Shown: positions 45,837-59,548 of the stretch, piece by piece
Layout: each line of letters starts with the position of its first letter
Position numbering within the stretch: position 1 is the stretch's first letter
NCBI GenBank assembly: GCA_963827755.1
Contig: CAWHCQ010000016.1
Location: 1-64,000, forward strand
DNA: 64,000 nt
DNA from: an uncultured Gammaproteobacteria bacterium
Lineage (GTDB): Bacteria > Pseudomonadota > Gammaproteobacteria > UBA9214
Direction of reading: 5' to 3'
Translations under genes and position numbers: made by a program
The notes under the pieces: generated by a model
Told to the model about the DNA's origin: nothing
Databases searched by the model: none
Seen by the model: the letters and a program-made list of their open reading frames with translations, nothing else

Positions 45837-47804
45837 TCAAGCCTGTCCCCGGTCAGTCAGCCAGTAAAAACGATAGGCCGGAACCACCAGCTGGTCCTTG
45901 AACATTGTCGGTGACTCGCCTGAATAGAGGTCTTGCAGCTGACTGTATTCAAAACGTCCGCGATTACTCAGGTCGCTCAGGGTGAGTGACTGGGGTGAAC
46001 TGTCAAAATTACCCACGACCAGTACATTGTCGTTGTGCAGGAGCGGATTGTTGCGCATGAAGACGAACAGATTCGGGTTGTCGGTGTCTATCAGTTCGCG
46101 GTTGTTATAGTCGGCAAAGGCGGGGGTGGTTTTGCGCACGGCGATCATCTTTTGCAGGCCCTCGAATATGCGTTGCTCGACGGTACCATGCTGCTTGCGC
46201 AGGGCCGCTTTCTCCCAGTCGATTTTCGGACGATGCATCCAGCGGTTGTCGTTGGCCTTGCTGACATCTTCCATGTAATTGCAGTCATTGAGCGTGCCGA
46301 TCTCGTCACCGTAGTACATCAGCGGGATGCCGCCGAAGGACATGATCATGCTGTGCAGCAGCAGGATCAGGTCGATGCTGCTGTTGATGGCGGCCTCGTC
46401 GCCGCGACTCCAGTGCGCTCTCCAGCCCGACCAGTGAGGCAAGTGCCCCCGAGATGCGGGCATCGCCGGTCTCGCTGTTCTGTGCAAAGGGCTGGCCACG
46501 GGCGGGCGAGCCGGCATAGACCCCGGTGAAATAGTCCACCAGGAAGCGGCGGTGGGCCGCAGGTGCGTAGCCGGCCTTGAAGATATCGGCGTCATCGAAG
46601 CCCAGCCCGATATCATCGTGACAGCGGACGTAGTTCAGCCAGGTGGCACGGTCGAGTTTGTCCGGCAGGCTGCGGATGCCATGGTTGAGCAGTTTGGTAT
46701 TCTTCGTCGCCAGCGCCTCCCACAGCAGCGCCATGAAGGTGGCGTTGTAGGCAATCTCGCACTCCTTGGCGATGACCGCGTCCTCGCCGAAGTACTTGAT
46801 GATCTCGACCGGGGCAACGATGGCCTCGGCGATGAACAGCACACCGGGTGCCGTGACCTGGCTGCAATCCTTCATCAGCTGCAGGATCAGGTGCGCCTCG
46901 CGCTCGTTCTGGCAGGTGGTGCCGATTTTCTTCCACAGGAAAGCCACGGCGTCCAGGCGCACGATGTCAGCGCCCTGGTTGGCCCAGAAGAGGATGATAT
47001 CCAGCATCTCGATGAACACGGCGGGATTGCTGTAGTTCAGATCCCACTGGTAGCTGTTGAATACCGTCATCACCCACTTGCCCATGGCCTCGTCGAAGGT
47101 GAAGTTGCCGGGCGATGTCTCGGGGAAGACCTCGGGCATGCTCTCCTCGAACATGTCCGGAATGTCGCGGTTGTCGAAAATGTAGTAATAGTCCTGGTAT
47201 TTCTTCTCGCCCTGGCGCGCGCGTTGCGCCCATTCATGCTCATCGGAGGTATGGTTCAGCACCACGTCCAGGGTCAGCAGGACATTGCGTTTACGCAGGT
47301 CCTCCTGCCAGGGCCCGCAGATCGTCCAGCGTGCCGATGCGTTCATCCACGTTGCGAAAGTTGCTGACCGCATAGCCACCGTCGCTGGCCCCTTGCGGAC
47401 ATTCCAGGATGGGCATGACGTGCAGCATGTTGATACCGAGTTCCTGGAAGTAGCTGAGCCGTGAGCGAAGCCCCTGCAGGTCACCGGCGAAGCCGTCGGG
47501 GTAGAGCGCCATGCCGACCCACTCCTGGCTGAGAAACCAGTTGTGGTCCTGCTCGCGCAGGATGTCCAGCTGCTTCAGGTCGCTGCTGCGCTTTATGTAC
47601 TGTGCCGCCATGACTTCCACCAGCCGCAGCACCTGGCTGTCGAAATCGTCGCGTTGACCGTAGAGATTGATGGAACAGCGAATAAATCGCGTAGAAGTTC
47701 GCGCCCAGCCGGGTATAAAAATGGCGCAGGTCGCGCCTGCGGATCTCGGGCTTGAGTTCGTCGAGTATCTTGTTCAGCAGCGAGTGTGATATCTGTTCGT
47801 ACAT
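45837..47804 (-). CDS. ams: Amylosucrase-like GH13 sucrose-acting enzyme, with three apparent +1 frameshifts (~47666, ~47305, ~46404)
   Basis: [56 protein letters not shown] and DNRWMHRP spread over four consecutive ORFs. Confidence 0.88.
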
Positions 47805-47820
47805 GACGTCGGCAGACCGG

Positions 47821-48706
47821 TCAGGCCCCGATGCTCCATTCGTTGATAAAAGGTTGATAAAAGTCCATCTCGCTCACGGTAGCGCCACGATTGCCGACTA
47901 TCCTGGAGGCAAACAGCTGCGCCCGCTGCAGGGTAACATCCAGTGGCCAGTCGTTGCATAGACCGAGAATGATCACCGCCGCGAAGGCATCGCCCGCACC
48001 CACCGTGTCCACCACCTCGATATCCCTGCCGGGCCGGACCTTGAAATATTCACCCGTGTCGGTGAGTAACTCGGCACCCTGCGCGCCATGCGTCAGCACC
48101 ATTCCGTTGAGTCCAAACTCGCCGAGAAAGTCGCTCGCGCCTGGCGTAGCGCCGCTGGCGGAAGGGTAGAGCAAGGCCAGCTCATCGGTATTGAGCTTGA
48201 CCCAGTGCGCCGTGTGCAACATCTCCAGCACCTGTTCACGTTGCCACCACGGCTGACGCAGGTTGACGTCGACAAACACGGTCTTCGGCTTGCAGGCAAG
48301 GAGTTGTTCCAGGGTCTGCCGCGATTTTGCCTCGCGCAGGCACAGGCTGCCATGATAGAGCAGGCGGCAATCCGCTGGTAGCGCTGGCGCCTCGATTGCA
48401 TCCCAGGCACAGGGCCGGACGATGTCGTAGACGTTCTCGTCATCGACAAAGGTCACGTTCACCCGGCCTGTCGGGTGCAGCGGATCTGTCTGCAGGCCGC
48501 TCCGTGTCCATGCCCCAGTCGCGCATGGCGGCGCGTACGGCCTCGCCATCCGGGTCGTTACCTGTGCGGCTGATGAACCAGGGCGCCTGCCCGAATGCCT
48601 GCAGGTGCCAGGCCACGTTGAAGGGCGCGCCGCCGAGGACACGCGTTCCATCCGCAAAATGATCAAACAATACTTCACCGAAGATGCACAGGCGCCGGTC
48701 TTTCAT
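47821..48706 (-). CDS. PfkB-family sugar kinase (fructokinase), with an apparent +1 frameshift near 48502
   Basis: IFGEVLFD...GGAPFNVA in ORF 48440..48706; DVNLR, KLN..E and VDTVGAGDAF in ORF 47821..48678. Confidence 0.9.
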
Positions 48707-49569
48707 GGTTGCTGTTCTACCATATCGAAGGCCATCCAGTCGATGCTGTGTGGATAATAGTGGGCGATACCTTCCAGCATGCCGGCACTGTAATTGCCGT
48801 TCATGCCCATGAAGTTCCCCTGTGCGATATAGAGTTGCCCGCTGTGCCCCGTCTCATCGGCCAGCCGGCGTGCCAGCTCGCGCACGGCCGGCTGACTGTT
48901 GGCCACCAGCACCGCCGGAATGGGGCTGGCCAGTACCTCGATATCGTTACCGCTGTCGCCGCAAAACACGGTGTTTTCATAACTGAAACCATGGTGCTTC
49001 ATGAGCGACTCCAGCGCGTGGTATTTCGATGCCCGCGCCGGCAATACGTCCAGCAGGCCGACACCCGCCGGCTCGTCGATGCTCCAGATCAGGCTCGCAT
49101 TCACTCCTTGCGCTTCCAGCCGCTGACGGATCAGTGCCGACAGGGTGCGACGATCGCTCTGCAGCGATACGAAATAGCTGAGCTTGTAGTCGTTCTGCCG
49201 GGTATATCCCTGCAGGCGCAGTTCGGGCAATTCGTGCAGCAGGGCCATCAGGTCATTACGGGTATGGCCTGACCAGTCGAGGGCGATTTCCTCTTCCCAG
49301 GACCGCTGGCGCACCCAGTCCCGCTCCGGTCCGACGTGGTAGATGGTGGTGCCGACATCGCCGACCACGAAATCCGGCAAAGGCAGGCAGTAATTGGTAA
49401 TGGCCTTTTCAACCAGGGCGCGATGCCGCCCGCTGACATAGGCAAGGGTGACATCGGGGTGCGCCACCAGTGCGTCGAAATGCCTTCTGGCATGCGGCGA
49501 CTCGGACTGCGGGCCGTTCGCGATCAGCGTGCGGTCGAGGTCGGTGCAGACAAGGAGTTGCTCAGACAT
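48703..49569 (-). CDS. spp: HAD-IIB hydrolase, sucrose-phosphate phosphatase-like
   Basis: CTDLDRT (DxDxT), SGR, LDVLP..ASK, CGDSGND; ATG at 49569 overlaps the sps stop. Confidence 0.85.
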   Translation of the reverse strand: MSEQLLVCTDLDRTLIANGPQSESPHARRHFDALVAHPDVTLAYVSGRHRALVEKAITNYCLPLPDFVVGDVGTTIYHVGPERDWVRQRSWEEEIALDWSGHTRNDLMALLHELPELRLQGYTRQNDYKLSYFVSLQSDRRTLSALIRQRLEAQGVNASLIWSIDEPAGVGLLDVLPARASKYHALESLMKHHGFSYENTVFCGDSGNDIEVLASPIPAVLVANSQPAVRELARRLADETGHSGQLYIAQGNFMGMNGNYSAGMLEGIAHYYPHSIDWMAFDMVEQQP

Positions 49570-51721
49570 GCGTCCCGGGCACCTTGCAGGCACTGAAGAA
49601 ATCATAATGCTCGATGGCCTCGAGAATTCCCAGTGCATGTGACTGGCCGGCGAAATAGATCCGCTCCTGGTCCACCAGTTGGGACAGTTCCTCGTGGTGT
49701 CGATTGCCGACCACCACGGCGAGGGTATTGCCACGCATCATGTCCTCGTCGGCGCCCGAGCCGCCCGCCGCGAGGATGTGTTCGAGGGGAATATCGAAGC
49801 GCTGCGAGATATAGCGCAGCGCCTGCCCCTTGGAGGCACGCGAGGGTACGATGTCGAGGTACTGGCCGAAAGAGTAGATGACATTGGCAGTCAGTTCCTT
49901 CTGCCGGATCAGGGTGTTGATCTCGTCCACCGGCGGCGCCTTTGCAGGATCGTAGTAATACGACAGCTTGAAGTGTGTCTGTTCGTTCTTCGGCTGGGGT
50001 TTCAAACCGGGCAGTTCGGCCAGCACCCGGCGCACTTGCTGCGAGTTCCAGTTGTGATCGATGTGGTCGGCCCAGTAGTTGTCCTCGGTCAGGGCCTGGC
50101 CATAATGGATGCGTGTACCGAGGCTGCTGATGAGCACGTCCGGCGTCGGGATGGCATGTTTTTTCATCAGCGCCAGCGCGGTATCGATGCGGCGCCCGGT
50201 GGCGATACCAAAGCTGACGCACTTGCGGTTCTCACGCATGGCCGCGATGAAGTGCTGAAGCGCCACGGGATTTCCGAGCAGGTTCTGGTCGAGGTCCGTG
50301 AAGATGGCGCGATCACGGTAACGCAAGGCCCGTGGTGCCGGTTGTTCGCGGGGGATAGGCTGTTCCTTGCCCGGCAGTGTCCGGATCCTGGCCAGGTAGC
50401 TCTGCGTATGCGCCTGCCAGGCGTAGTGGCGGCGCACCCCCCTGATACCGTTCTGGGAGGCCAGGGACCAGGCCTTGTCATCGCGCAGCAGCGTGAGCAA
50501 GGCAGCGGTGATGGCGTCCTTGTCCAGCGGGTCAACCAGTACACCGTTATTACAGTTGCCGATAATGTCCACCGGGCCGCCATTCTCGGTCGCCACCACG
50601 GGCAGGCCGCTGGCAGCGGCCTCCAGCAAGGTCAGGCCGAAAGGTTCGGTGAGTGCCGGGTTGATGAAGACGCCGCCGCCCGCTGCAACCAGGCGGTAGA
50701 TCTCAGGCACCTCGTCGGCGCGGTGGCTCTTGGGGATGGCCACTCTGCCGTACAGGTCATAGCTGTCGATGAGCAGCAGGAGGTTGGTCAGCACCGACTC
50801 GGCGCCGCTGTCCATGTCGCGGATATCGTCGCGGCTGCCGGCAATGATCAGCAGGTTGGCAGCCTGCTGCAGCGCCTGCGATTCACCGTAGGCCTCGACC
50901 AGCATAAGGATGTTCTTGCGTTCGTCCGGCCGCGACAGGGCCATGATCAGCGGCTTTTTCGGATTGCTGAGAAAACGCTGCACCTGCTTTTTAAAAGCGA
51001 TTTTCTCGCCTTTCCGCGGCGGATAAAACTGTTGCAGATCGGTACCCGGCGGGATGACTGCCATGCGCTCCGGGTCATAGTAATTGTAGAGCCCGTATTG
51101 TTCCTCTATTTCGTTGTGGGTGCTGGTGATGACCAGGTCGGCGTTGGCGAGGGCTTCTTCCTCGGCGTCGATGCGCCTTTCAATGTTGTAGGTTTTCTCG
51201 ATGTCTTCACGCGACAGGCCGTGGGCCAGCAATTGCTTGCGCTTGTCACGACCGAGAGAATGTCCGGTATAAATGAGAGGGATGCCGATGAGATTTGCAA
51301 GCCGTACACCGACATAGCCTGCATCGGCATAGTGACTGTGCACCAGGTCAGGCATGCGCGGCTGCTCGTTGAGCCAATTGACCAGGTTGTCCAGAAAGCT
51401 GTCGAGGTAGTCCCACAATTGCTCCTTGGGAATGTATTCATCGGGTCCGGCGTCGATACGCACGATGCGTGCATTGTCCGACATTGACTCGATGGGTACG
51501 GCATAGTCATTGTTGACTGCTGCATCGACCACCCGGCGCGTAACGAGGTCAACCTGCGCGATGCCTTCCTGTTCGGTGAGCGCCCGGGCAAGGTCAACCA
51601 CGTACTTCGTCTGTCCGCCGGTATCGGCGTCGCGACCAAGTTCCATATCATGGTTGCGGATCAGGCCATGGATGCTGATCAGAAGCAGATATTTTCCATT
51701 CGCATCAGTCTTCATGGGCAT
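49562..51721 (-). CDS. sps: Sucrose-phosphate synthase (GT-B domain plus C-terminal HAD-like domain)
   Basis: SIHGLIR...ELGRDADTGGQTKYV, HSHYADA, TGHSLG, SRPDERKN, EPFGLTLLEA; C-terminal DLDQN / ATGR / GGSGAD. Confidence 0.95.
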   Translation of the reverse strand: MPMKTDANGKYLLLISIHGLIRNHDMELGRDADTGGQTKYVVDLARALTEQEGIAQVDLVTRRVVDAAVNNDYAVPIESMSDNARIVRIDAGPDEYIPKEQLWDYLDSFLDNLVNWLNEQPRMPDLVHSHYADAGYVGVRLANLIGIPLIYTGHSLGRDKRKQLLAHGLSREDIEKTYNIERRIDAEEEALANADLVITSTHNEIEEQYGLYNYYDPERMAVIPPGTDLQQFYPPRKGEKIAFKKQVQRFLSNPKKPLIMALSRPDERKNILMLVEAYGESQALQQAANLLIIAGSRDDIRDMDSGAESVLTNLLLLIDSYDLYGRVAIPKSHRADEVPEIYRLVAAGGGVFINPALTEPFGLTLLEAAASGLPVVATENGGPVDIIGNCNNGVLVDPLDKDAITAALLTLLRDDKAWSLASQNGIRGVRRHYAWQAHTQSYLARIRTLPGKEQPIPREQPAPRALRYRDRAIFTDLDQNLLGNPVALQHFIAAMRENRKCVSFGIATGRRIDTALALMKKHAIPTPDVLISSLGTRIHYGQALTEDNYWADHIDHNWNSQQVRRVLAELPGLKPQPKNEQTHFKLSYYYDPAKAPPVDEINTLIRQKELTANVIYSFGQYLDIVPSRASKGQALRYISQRFDIPLEHILAAGGSGADEDMMRGNTLAVVVGNRHHEELSQLVDQERIYFAGQSHALGILEAIEHYDFFSACKVPGTHV

Positions 51722-51994
51722 AGTATGAGCTACTCTTCTTAAAGATTGTTCCGGCTGGATGATTGACCATACAGATCAGCTTGTAAAAGGATCGATACAG
51801 GCAATGGATAGCGACATTTCCCTGAAATCAGAAAAAACATATCTTATCACTGATTCCGCATTGCAGGCTCCATGCGCGATAACGCCATCGGGTTATACGC
51901 TGCATGCACTGATGCCGGCCGGCGCGACTTGTTTCTCAGGGGTGAAAACGGTACCTTTTACCGTAATACAGATATCCTTTTCACGGAACCGATA

Positions 51995-52950
51995 ATGAAT
52001 ATCAATTTTCTTGATTTTGAGCAGCCGATTGCCGAGATGGAGGCCAAGATCGATGAACTGCACTTTGTCAGTGATGATGCAGACGTAAATATTGCCGATG
52101 AGGTCATGAAGCTCAAGGAAAAGAGCCAGGCCATGACCAAGACGATTTTTTCGAGTCTCACTTCCTGGCAGATCTCACAGCTGGCGCGTCACCCGCAGCG
52201 TCCCTATACGCTTGACTACATCGAACGCATCTTTACGGATTTCGAGGAACTGCATGGTGACCGGCATTTTGCCGATGACCATGCCATTGTCGGCGGGGTC
52301 GCGTCGTCTCGAAGGTATCGCCTGTGATGGTGATCGGCCAGCAAAAGGGCAGGGACACCAAGGAAAAACTGCACCGTAACTTCGGTATGCCGCGGCCGGA
52401 AGGTTATCGCAAGGCACTGCGCCTGATGAAGATGGCCGAGAGATTCAATCTGCCGGTGCTGACGTTTATTGACACCCCGGGCGCCTATCCGGGCATCGGT
52501 GCGGAAGAGCGGGGCCAGAGCGAGGCCATTGCCAGGAACCTGCTGGAGATGGCGCAGTTGCGCACGCCGATTATCTGTACCGTGATCGGTGAAGGTGGCT
52601 CCGGCGGTGCGCTGGCAATCGGCGTCGGTGACCGGACCTTCATGCTGCAGTACAGTACCTACTCGGTGATATCGCCGGAGGGTTGTGCATCGATCCTCTG
52701 GAAGAGTGCTGACAAGGCATCGGATGCGGCCGAGGCCCTCGGTATTACCTCTGCCCGGCTGTTAAAGCTCGGCCTGATCGACAAGGTAATCGACGAGCCG
52801 CTGGGCGGCGCACACCGTGATGTCGACGCCACGGCCGAAAGTGTCAAGGCCGCCTTGCTGGAGGCGCTGACCAGGTTACAGAAACTCGACCATGACAAGC
52901 TGCTCAAGGCACGTTACAAACGCCTGATGGATTATGGGGAATTCAAGTAA
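51995..52950 (+). CDS. accA: Acetyl-CoA carboxylase carboxyltransferase alpha, with two apparent +1 insertions (~52304, ~52317-52320)
   Basis: [25 protein letters not shown]; then [31 protein letters not shown] in the shifted frame. Confidence 0.95.
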
Positions 52951-52971
52951 GCGGTTATCGCTGACGCTTGT

Positions 52972-53007
52972 TCTCCCTGTCACATAGGGAGAGGGTCGGG
53001 AGAGGGG
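52972..53007 (-). repeat. BoxC-like intergenic repeat
   Basis: Reverse strand reads CCCCTCTCCCGACCCTCTCCCTATGTGACAGGGAGA: a tandem CCCTCTCCC tail plus a TCTCCCT/AGGGAGA hairpin. Confidence 0.6.
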
Positions 53008-53045
53008 CTGATAACAAGGCACCTGCTCGACGACACCCCGGCGCA

Positions 53046-54368
53046 ATGAACTTTTCTCCTGACAGTCTTTACCGGCAACTGCTGCTTCACCCGGCATCCG
53101 CTTACCGGGTCGCCTACAGTGGCGGGCTGGATTCACATGTGCTGTTGCATGCACTGGTGCGTTTGCGCGACCGGCTGGACGCGGACATCGGGGCCGTGCA
53201 CGTCAACCACGCCTTGCAGGCCGATGCCGACCTCTGGGAAGAGCATTGCCGGCTTGTCTGCGAAGATCTCTGTGTCGACTATGTGTCCCTGCGTGTCGAT
53301 GCCGGTGGCGCACCAGGCGACAGTCCGGAGGCCGCTGCCAGGGATGCCCGCTATGCGGCATTGGCCGGGTGGTTACCGGCCGGTGCCTGCCTGTTGAGCG
53401 CGCAGCACCAGGATGACCAGGCGGAAACCCTGTTGTTGCAGTTGCTGCGCGGCAGCGGCGTCAATGGCCTTGCGGCCATGCCGCAGCTGAGTGAACTGGG
53501 CCGCGGGCAACTGTTGCGTCCCCTGCTTGGCCATACCCGCCGGCAACTACGAGCCTATGCCGAGGCAAACGGACTCCGCTGGATTGAGGACCCGAGCAAC
53601 CGCGATCTGGCCTTCGATCGCAACTCCCTGCGCAAACGTATCTTTCCCGTGTTGCGGGAGCGCTGGCCCGCCGCGGCGGCGGCCCTGTCGCGCAGTGCGG
53701 CACATTGTGCCGAGGCCGCAGACCTGTTGCAGCAAATCGCCACGCAGGACCTTGCAGGCATCCAGGGGAGTGCCAGCGACAGGCTGTCGCTGGCCGGGCT
53801 GGGAGTGCTCTCGCCGCAACGCCAGCGTAATGTGCTGCGTTACTGGTTTCGGCAGGCAAGCGCTGCCACGCCGTCTGCCGCGGTGCTGGCGCGCATCCAG
53901 CACGATGTCCTGCAGAGCCGCCGTGACGCAACACCCTGCGTGCGCTGGGGAGGTCATGAACTGCGCCGTTACCGGGATGATTTGTATTTGTTAAAACAAC
54001 GACATGAAGCAGATAGTTCGACCGTTATCGAGTGGCGCCTGGCAACACCCCTGTCCCTGCCGGATGCTGGCGGGGTACTCAGGGCCAGTCCGCAGACCGG
54101 CCGCGGTATCAGGGCCAGTGCCGTTGAATCCGGCGTACGGGTGGGCTGGCGCCAGGGCGGTGAACGCTGTCTCCCGGCTGGCCGTGGTCACCACCATTCG
54201 CTGAAGAAATTATTCCAGGAACGCGGCATTCCGCCCTGGGAACGCTCGCGTATTCCGTTGATCTATATCGATGATCAGCTGGCGGCCGTGGCCGGACTAT
54301 GGGTCTGCGAACCCTTCGATGCGCGACCCTCCGAGTCCGGCCTGATGATTGACTGGCAACGCGGCTGA
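53046..54368 (+). CDS. tilS: tRNA(Ile)-lysidine synthetase
   Basis: AYSGGLDS, HVNHAL, EAAARDARY, HQDDQAET, EDPSN, C-terminal LKKLFQERGIPPWER. Confidence 0.96.
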   Translation: MNFSPDSLYRQLLLHPASAYRVAYSGGLDSHVLLHALVRLRDRLDADIGAVHVNHALQADADLWEEHCRLVCEDLCVDYVSLRVDAGGAPGDSPEAAARDARYAALAGWLPAGACLLSAQHQDDQAETLLLQLLRGSGVNGLAAMPQLSELGRGQLLRPLLGHTRRQLRAYAEANGLRWIEDPSNRDLAFDRNSLRKRIFPVLRERWPAAAAALSRSAAHCAEAADLLQQIATQDLAGIQGSASDRLSLAGLGVLSPQRQRNVLRYWFRQASAATPSAAVLARIQHDVLQSRRDATPCVRWGGHELRRYRDDLYLLKQRHEADSSTVIEWRLATPLSLPDAGGVLRASPQTGRGIRASAVESGVRVGWRQGGERCLPAGRGHHHSLKKLFQERGIPPWERSRIPLIYIDDQLAAVAGLWVCEPFDARPSESGLMIDWQRG

Positions 54369-54496
54369 ATAATACGCTGCCGGTAGCGGAATTCTGCGCC
54401 TTTGTACCGTGCAGGCAATTGAGGAAGCCACGCCAATCTGGTAACGTGTGTGCCCGTCCTGTGACAATTGTGTCGCACTCGAACTCCAGGCAGTAA

Positions 54497-56165
<1,669 letters not shown>

Positions 56166-56193
56166 GTGCTGAACGGCCCCTGATCAAGCTGTT

Positions 56194-57036
56194 ATGAAAT
56201 TGTGTGGATTCAATGCGGGTATCGAACACCCCCTGTTTTTGATTGCAGGGCCCTGTGTGATCGAGAATGAAACCTTGATCATCGACACGGCCGGGACTCT
56301 GAAAGAGATTACCGACGCACTCGGCATGGCGTTTATTTTCAAGTCGTCCTTTGACAAGGCCAATCGCTCCTCGTATAAAAGTTTTCGCGGTCCGGGCCTG
56401 GAACAGGGTCTCGCTATCCTGGAGAAGGTGCAATCACAGGTCGGTGTGCCGGTGCTGACCGATGTGCATGAAGATACCCCGCTGAATGAAGTCGCTGCCG
56501 TGGTCGATGTGCTGCAAACCCCCGCCTTCCTCTGCAGGCAGACCAATTTCATCCAGGCCGTTGCCAGCCAGGGCAAGCCGGTAAACATAAAGAAAGGCCA
56601 GTTTCTCTCTCCCTGGGATATGAAGAACGTTGCCGACAAGGCGCTGGCGACCGGTAACAGGCAGATCATGGTGTGCGAGCGGGGTGTGTCCTTCGGTTAT
56701 AACAACCTGGTGTCTGACATGCGCGGACTTGCGGTGATGCGTGACTGCGGCGTGCCGGTTGTTTTTGACGCCACCCACTCGGTGCAACTGCCTGGCGGAC
56801 AGGGCAGCAGTTCAGGCGGCCAGCGCGAATTTGTCCCGGTGCTGGCGCGTGCCGCAGTCGCGGCCGGTATTTCCGGCATCTTCATGGAGACCCACCCGGA
56901 CCCGGCGAAGGCGCTGAGCGATGGACCGAATGCCTGGCCACTAAAGCGGATGCAGCCGCTGCTGAGCACGCTGAAAATGCTCGATGATTCCATCAAGGCG
57001 GGAGAACTGGCGGAAACAAGCCTGATGAATAAATGA
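56194..57036 (+). CDS. kdsA: KDO-8-phosphate synthase
   Basis: [39 protein letters not shown]. Confidence 0.98.
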   Translation: MKLCGFNAGIEHPLFLIAGPCVIENETLIIDTAGTLKEITDALGMAFIFKSSFDKANRSSYKSFRGPGLEQGLAILEKVQSQVGVPVLTDVHEDTPLNEVAAVVDVLQTPAFLCRQTNFIQAVASQGKPVNIKKGQFLSPWDMKNVADKALATGNRQIMVCERGVSFGYNNLVSDMRGLAVMRDCGVPVVFDATHSVQLPGGQGSSSGGQREFVPVLARAAVAAGISGIFMETHPDPAKALSDGPNAWPLKRMQPLLSTLKMLDDSIKAGELAETSLMNK

Positions 57037-57080
57037 CCTTGTCGGCAAGGCTTGTTTATTGATTCATCCGGATTCTCTAA

Positions 57081-58404
<1,324 letters not shown>

Positions 58405-58428
58405 GCCCCGCGGAACAATTCATGAGCC

Positions 58429-58698
58429 ATGAAGAAATTGCTCATACTGCTGTTAATACTGCTGGTTTATTTGCAATACAGCCTCTGGATCGGCGATGGC
58501 AGCCTGCAGGACGTATGGCGCCTGCACCGGGATGTTGAACGGCAACGCCAGGAAAATGCACGGCTGCGTGAGCGTAACGAAGCACTCGATGCCGAGGTGC
58601 TGGACCTGCAGCAGGGGCTGGAGGCCCTTGAGGAACATGCCCGGGAGGATCTCGGCATGATCAAAAAGGGCGAGACCTTCTACCAGGTGGTTGAGTAG
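58429..58698 (+). CDS. ftsB: Cell division protein FtsB
   Basis: TM helix, LQYSLW.G.GS, coiled coil, EEHAREDLGMIK.GETF; eno-ftsB-ispD order. Confidence 0.95.
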   Translation: MKKLLILLLILLVYLQYSLWIGDGSLQDVWRLHRDVERQRQENARLRERNEALDAEVLDLQQGLEALEEHAREDLGMIKKGETFYQVVE

Positions 58699-58757
58699 CC
58701 GCTCCTGCGGGATGATTTACCCCCGCCAGGAATTAACCGGCGGCTATATCAATCACT

Positions 58758-58821
58758 GTAGGAGCCAGCGCCAGCTGGCGAAGTATTCGCGGGGTATTCG
58801 CGAGCTGGCGCTCGCTCCTAC
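58758..58821. repeat. GTAG-family REP doublet (REPIN-like inverted pair)
   Basis: GTAGGAGCCAGCGCCAGCTGGCGAA (58758-58782, +) and GTAGGAGCGAGCGCCAGCTCGCGAA (58821-58797, -), separated by 14 bp. Confidence 0.8.
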
Positions 58822-58837
58822 GGGGTATATAGTGCCT

Positions 58838-59548
58838 ATGCGTGATGATCCAAAATTCCATGCAGTGATCCCGGCAGCCGGCAGCGGTGCGCGCATGGCA
58901 GCGGGCATGCCCAAGCAATACCTGCCAATGGCAGGAAGGACCGTGCTCGAATACAGCCTCGATGCCTTGCTCGCCTGTGAACGCATTGAAACCGTCGTGC
59001 TGGTGCTTGCCGATGATGATGAATACTGGCCGACGATCGGCGATCGCTATAAAGACAGCCGCGTGGAAACCGTCAGCGGTGGCGCCGAACGCTGTTATTC
59101 AGTATTAAACGGCCTTGCACACCTTGCTGATACAGCGGATGAAAATGACTGGGTGCTGGTACACGATGCCGCGCGCCCGTGCCTGCGCCGGGAGGACCTT
59201 GATTTCCTGCTGGCTAGCCTCGAAGGTGACCCGGTCGGTGGTCTGCTGGGCATTCCGGTTACCGATACCAAGAAGCAGGTCAACGCCGATGGTGCCGTCA
59301 TCCAGACGCTGGAGCGTGAGGGAATATGGCGTGCCCTGACGCCGCAGATGTTTCGCCTCGGGCCGCTGCGTGATGCCTTGCAGCAGGCGATCGACAGGGG
59401 GGTGCTGGTGACCGATGAAGCGGCCGCGATGGAAATCACCGGGCAGCGGCCGCGCATGGTGCTGGGCCATGCTGATAACATCAAGATTACCCGGCCCGGC
59501 GATTTGCAGCTGGCGGAGTTTTACCTGCAGTCGAGGGAAACTTTATGA
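58838..59548 (+). CDS. ispD: 2-C-methyl-D-erythritol 4-phosphate cytidylyltransferase
   Basis: [12 protein letters not shown]...[31 protein letters not shown]. Confidence 0.97.
   Translation: MRDDPKFHAVIPAAGSGARMAAGMPKQYLPMAGRTVLEYSLDALLACERIETVVLVLADDDEYWPTIGDRYKDSRVETVSGGAERCYSVLNGLAHLADTADENDWVLVHDAARPCLRREDLDFLLASLEGDPVGGLLGIPVTDTKKQVNADGAVIQTLEREGIWRALTPQMFRLGPLRDALQQAIDRGVLVTDEAAAMEITGQRPRMVLGHADNIKITRPGDLQLAEFYLQSRETL

Noticed and set aside
49679-51487. 602-aa ORF on the + strand opposite sps (likewise 3461..4696, 36817..37833, 43102..43962, 46552..47367)
   Set aside because: Antisense shadows of GC-rich genes with biased codon usage; no recognisable motifs, and each is fully overlapped by a well-supported gene
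58691-58837. Long N-terminal extension of IspD (similarly TilS 52968-53045, AccA 51872-51994, TsaB 7493-7675)
   Set aside because: Open-frame run-through of intergenic DNA or repeats; the conserved domains start at downstream ATGs
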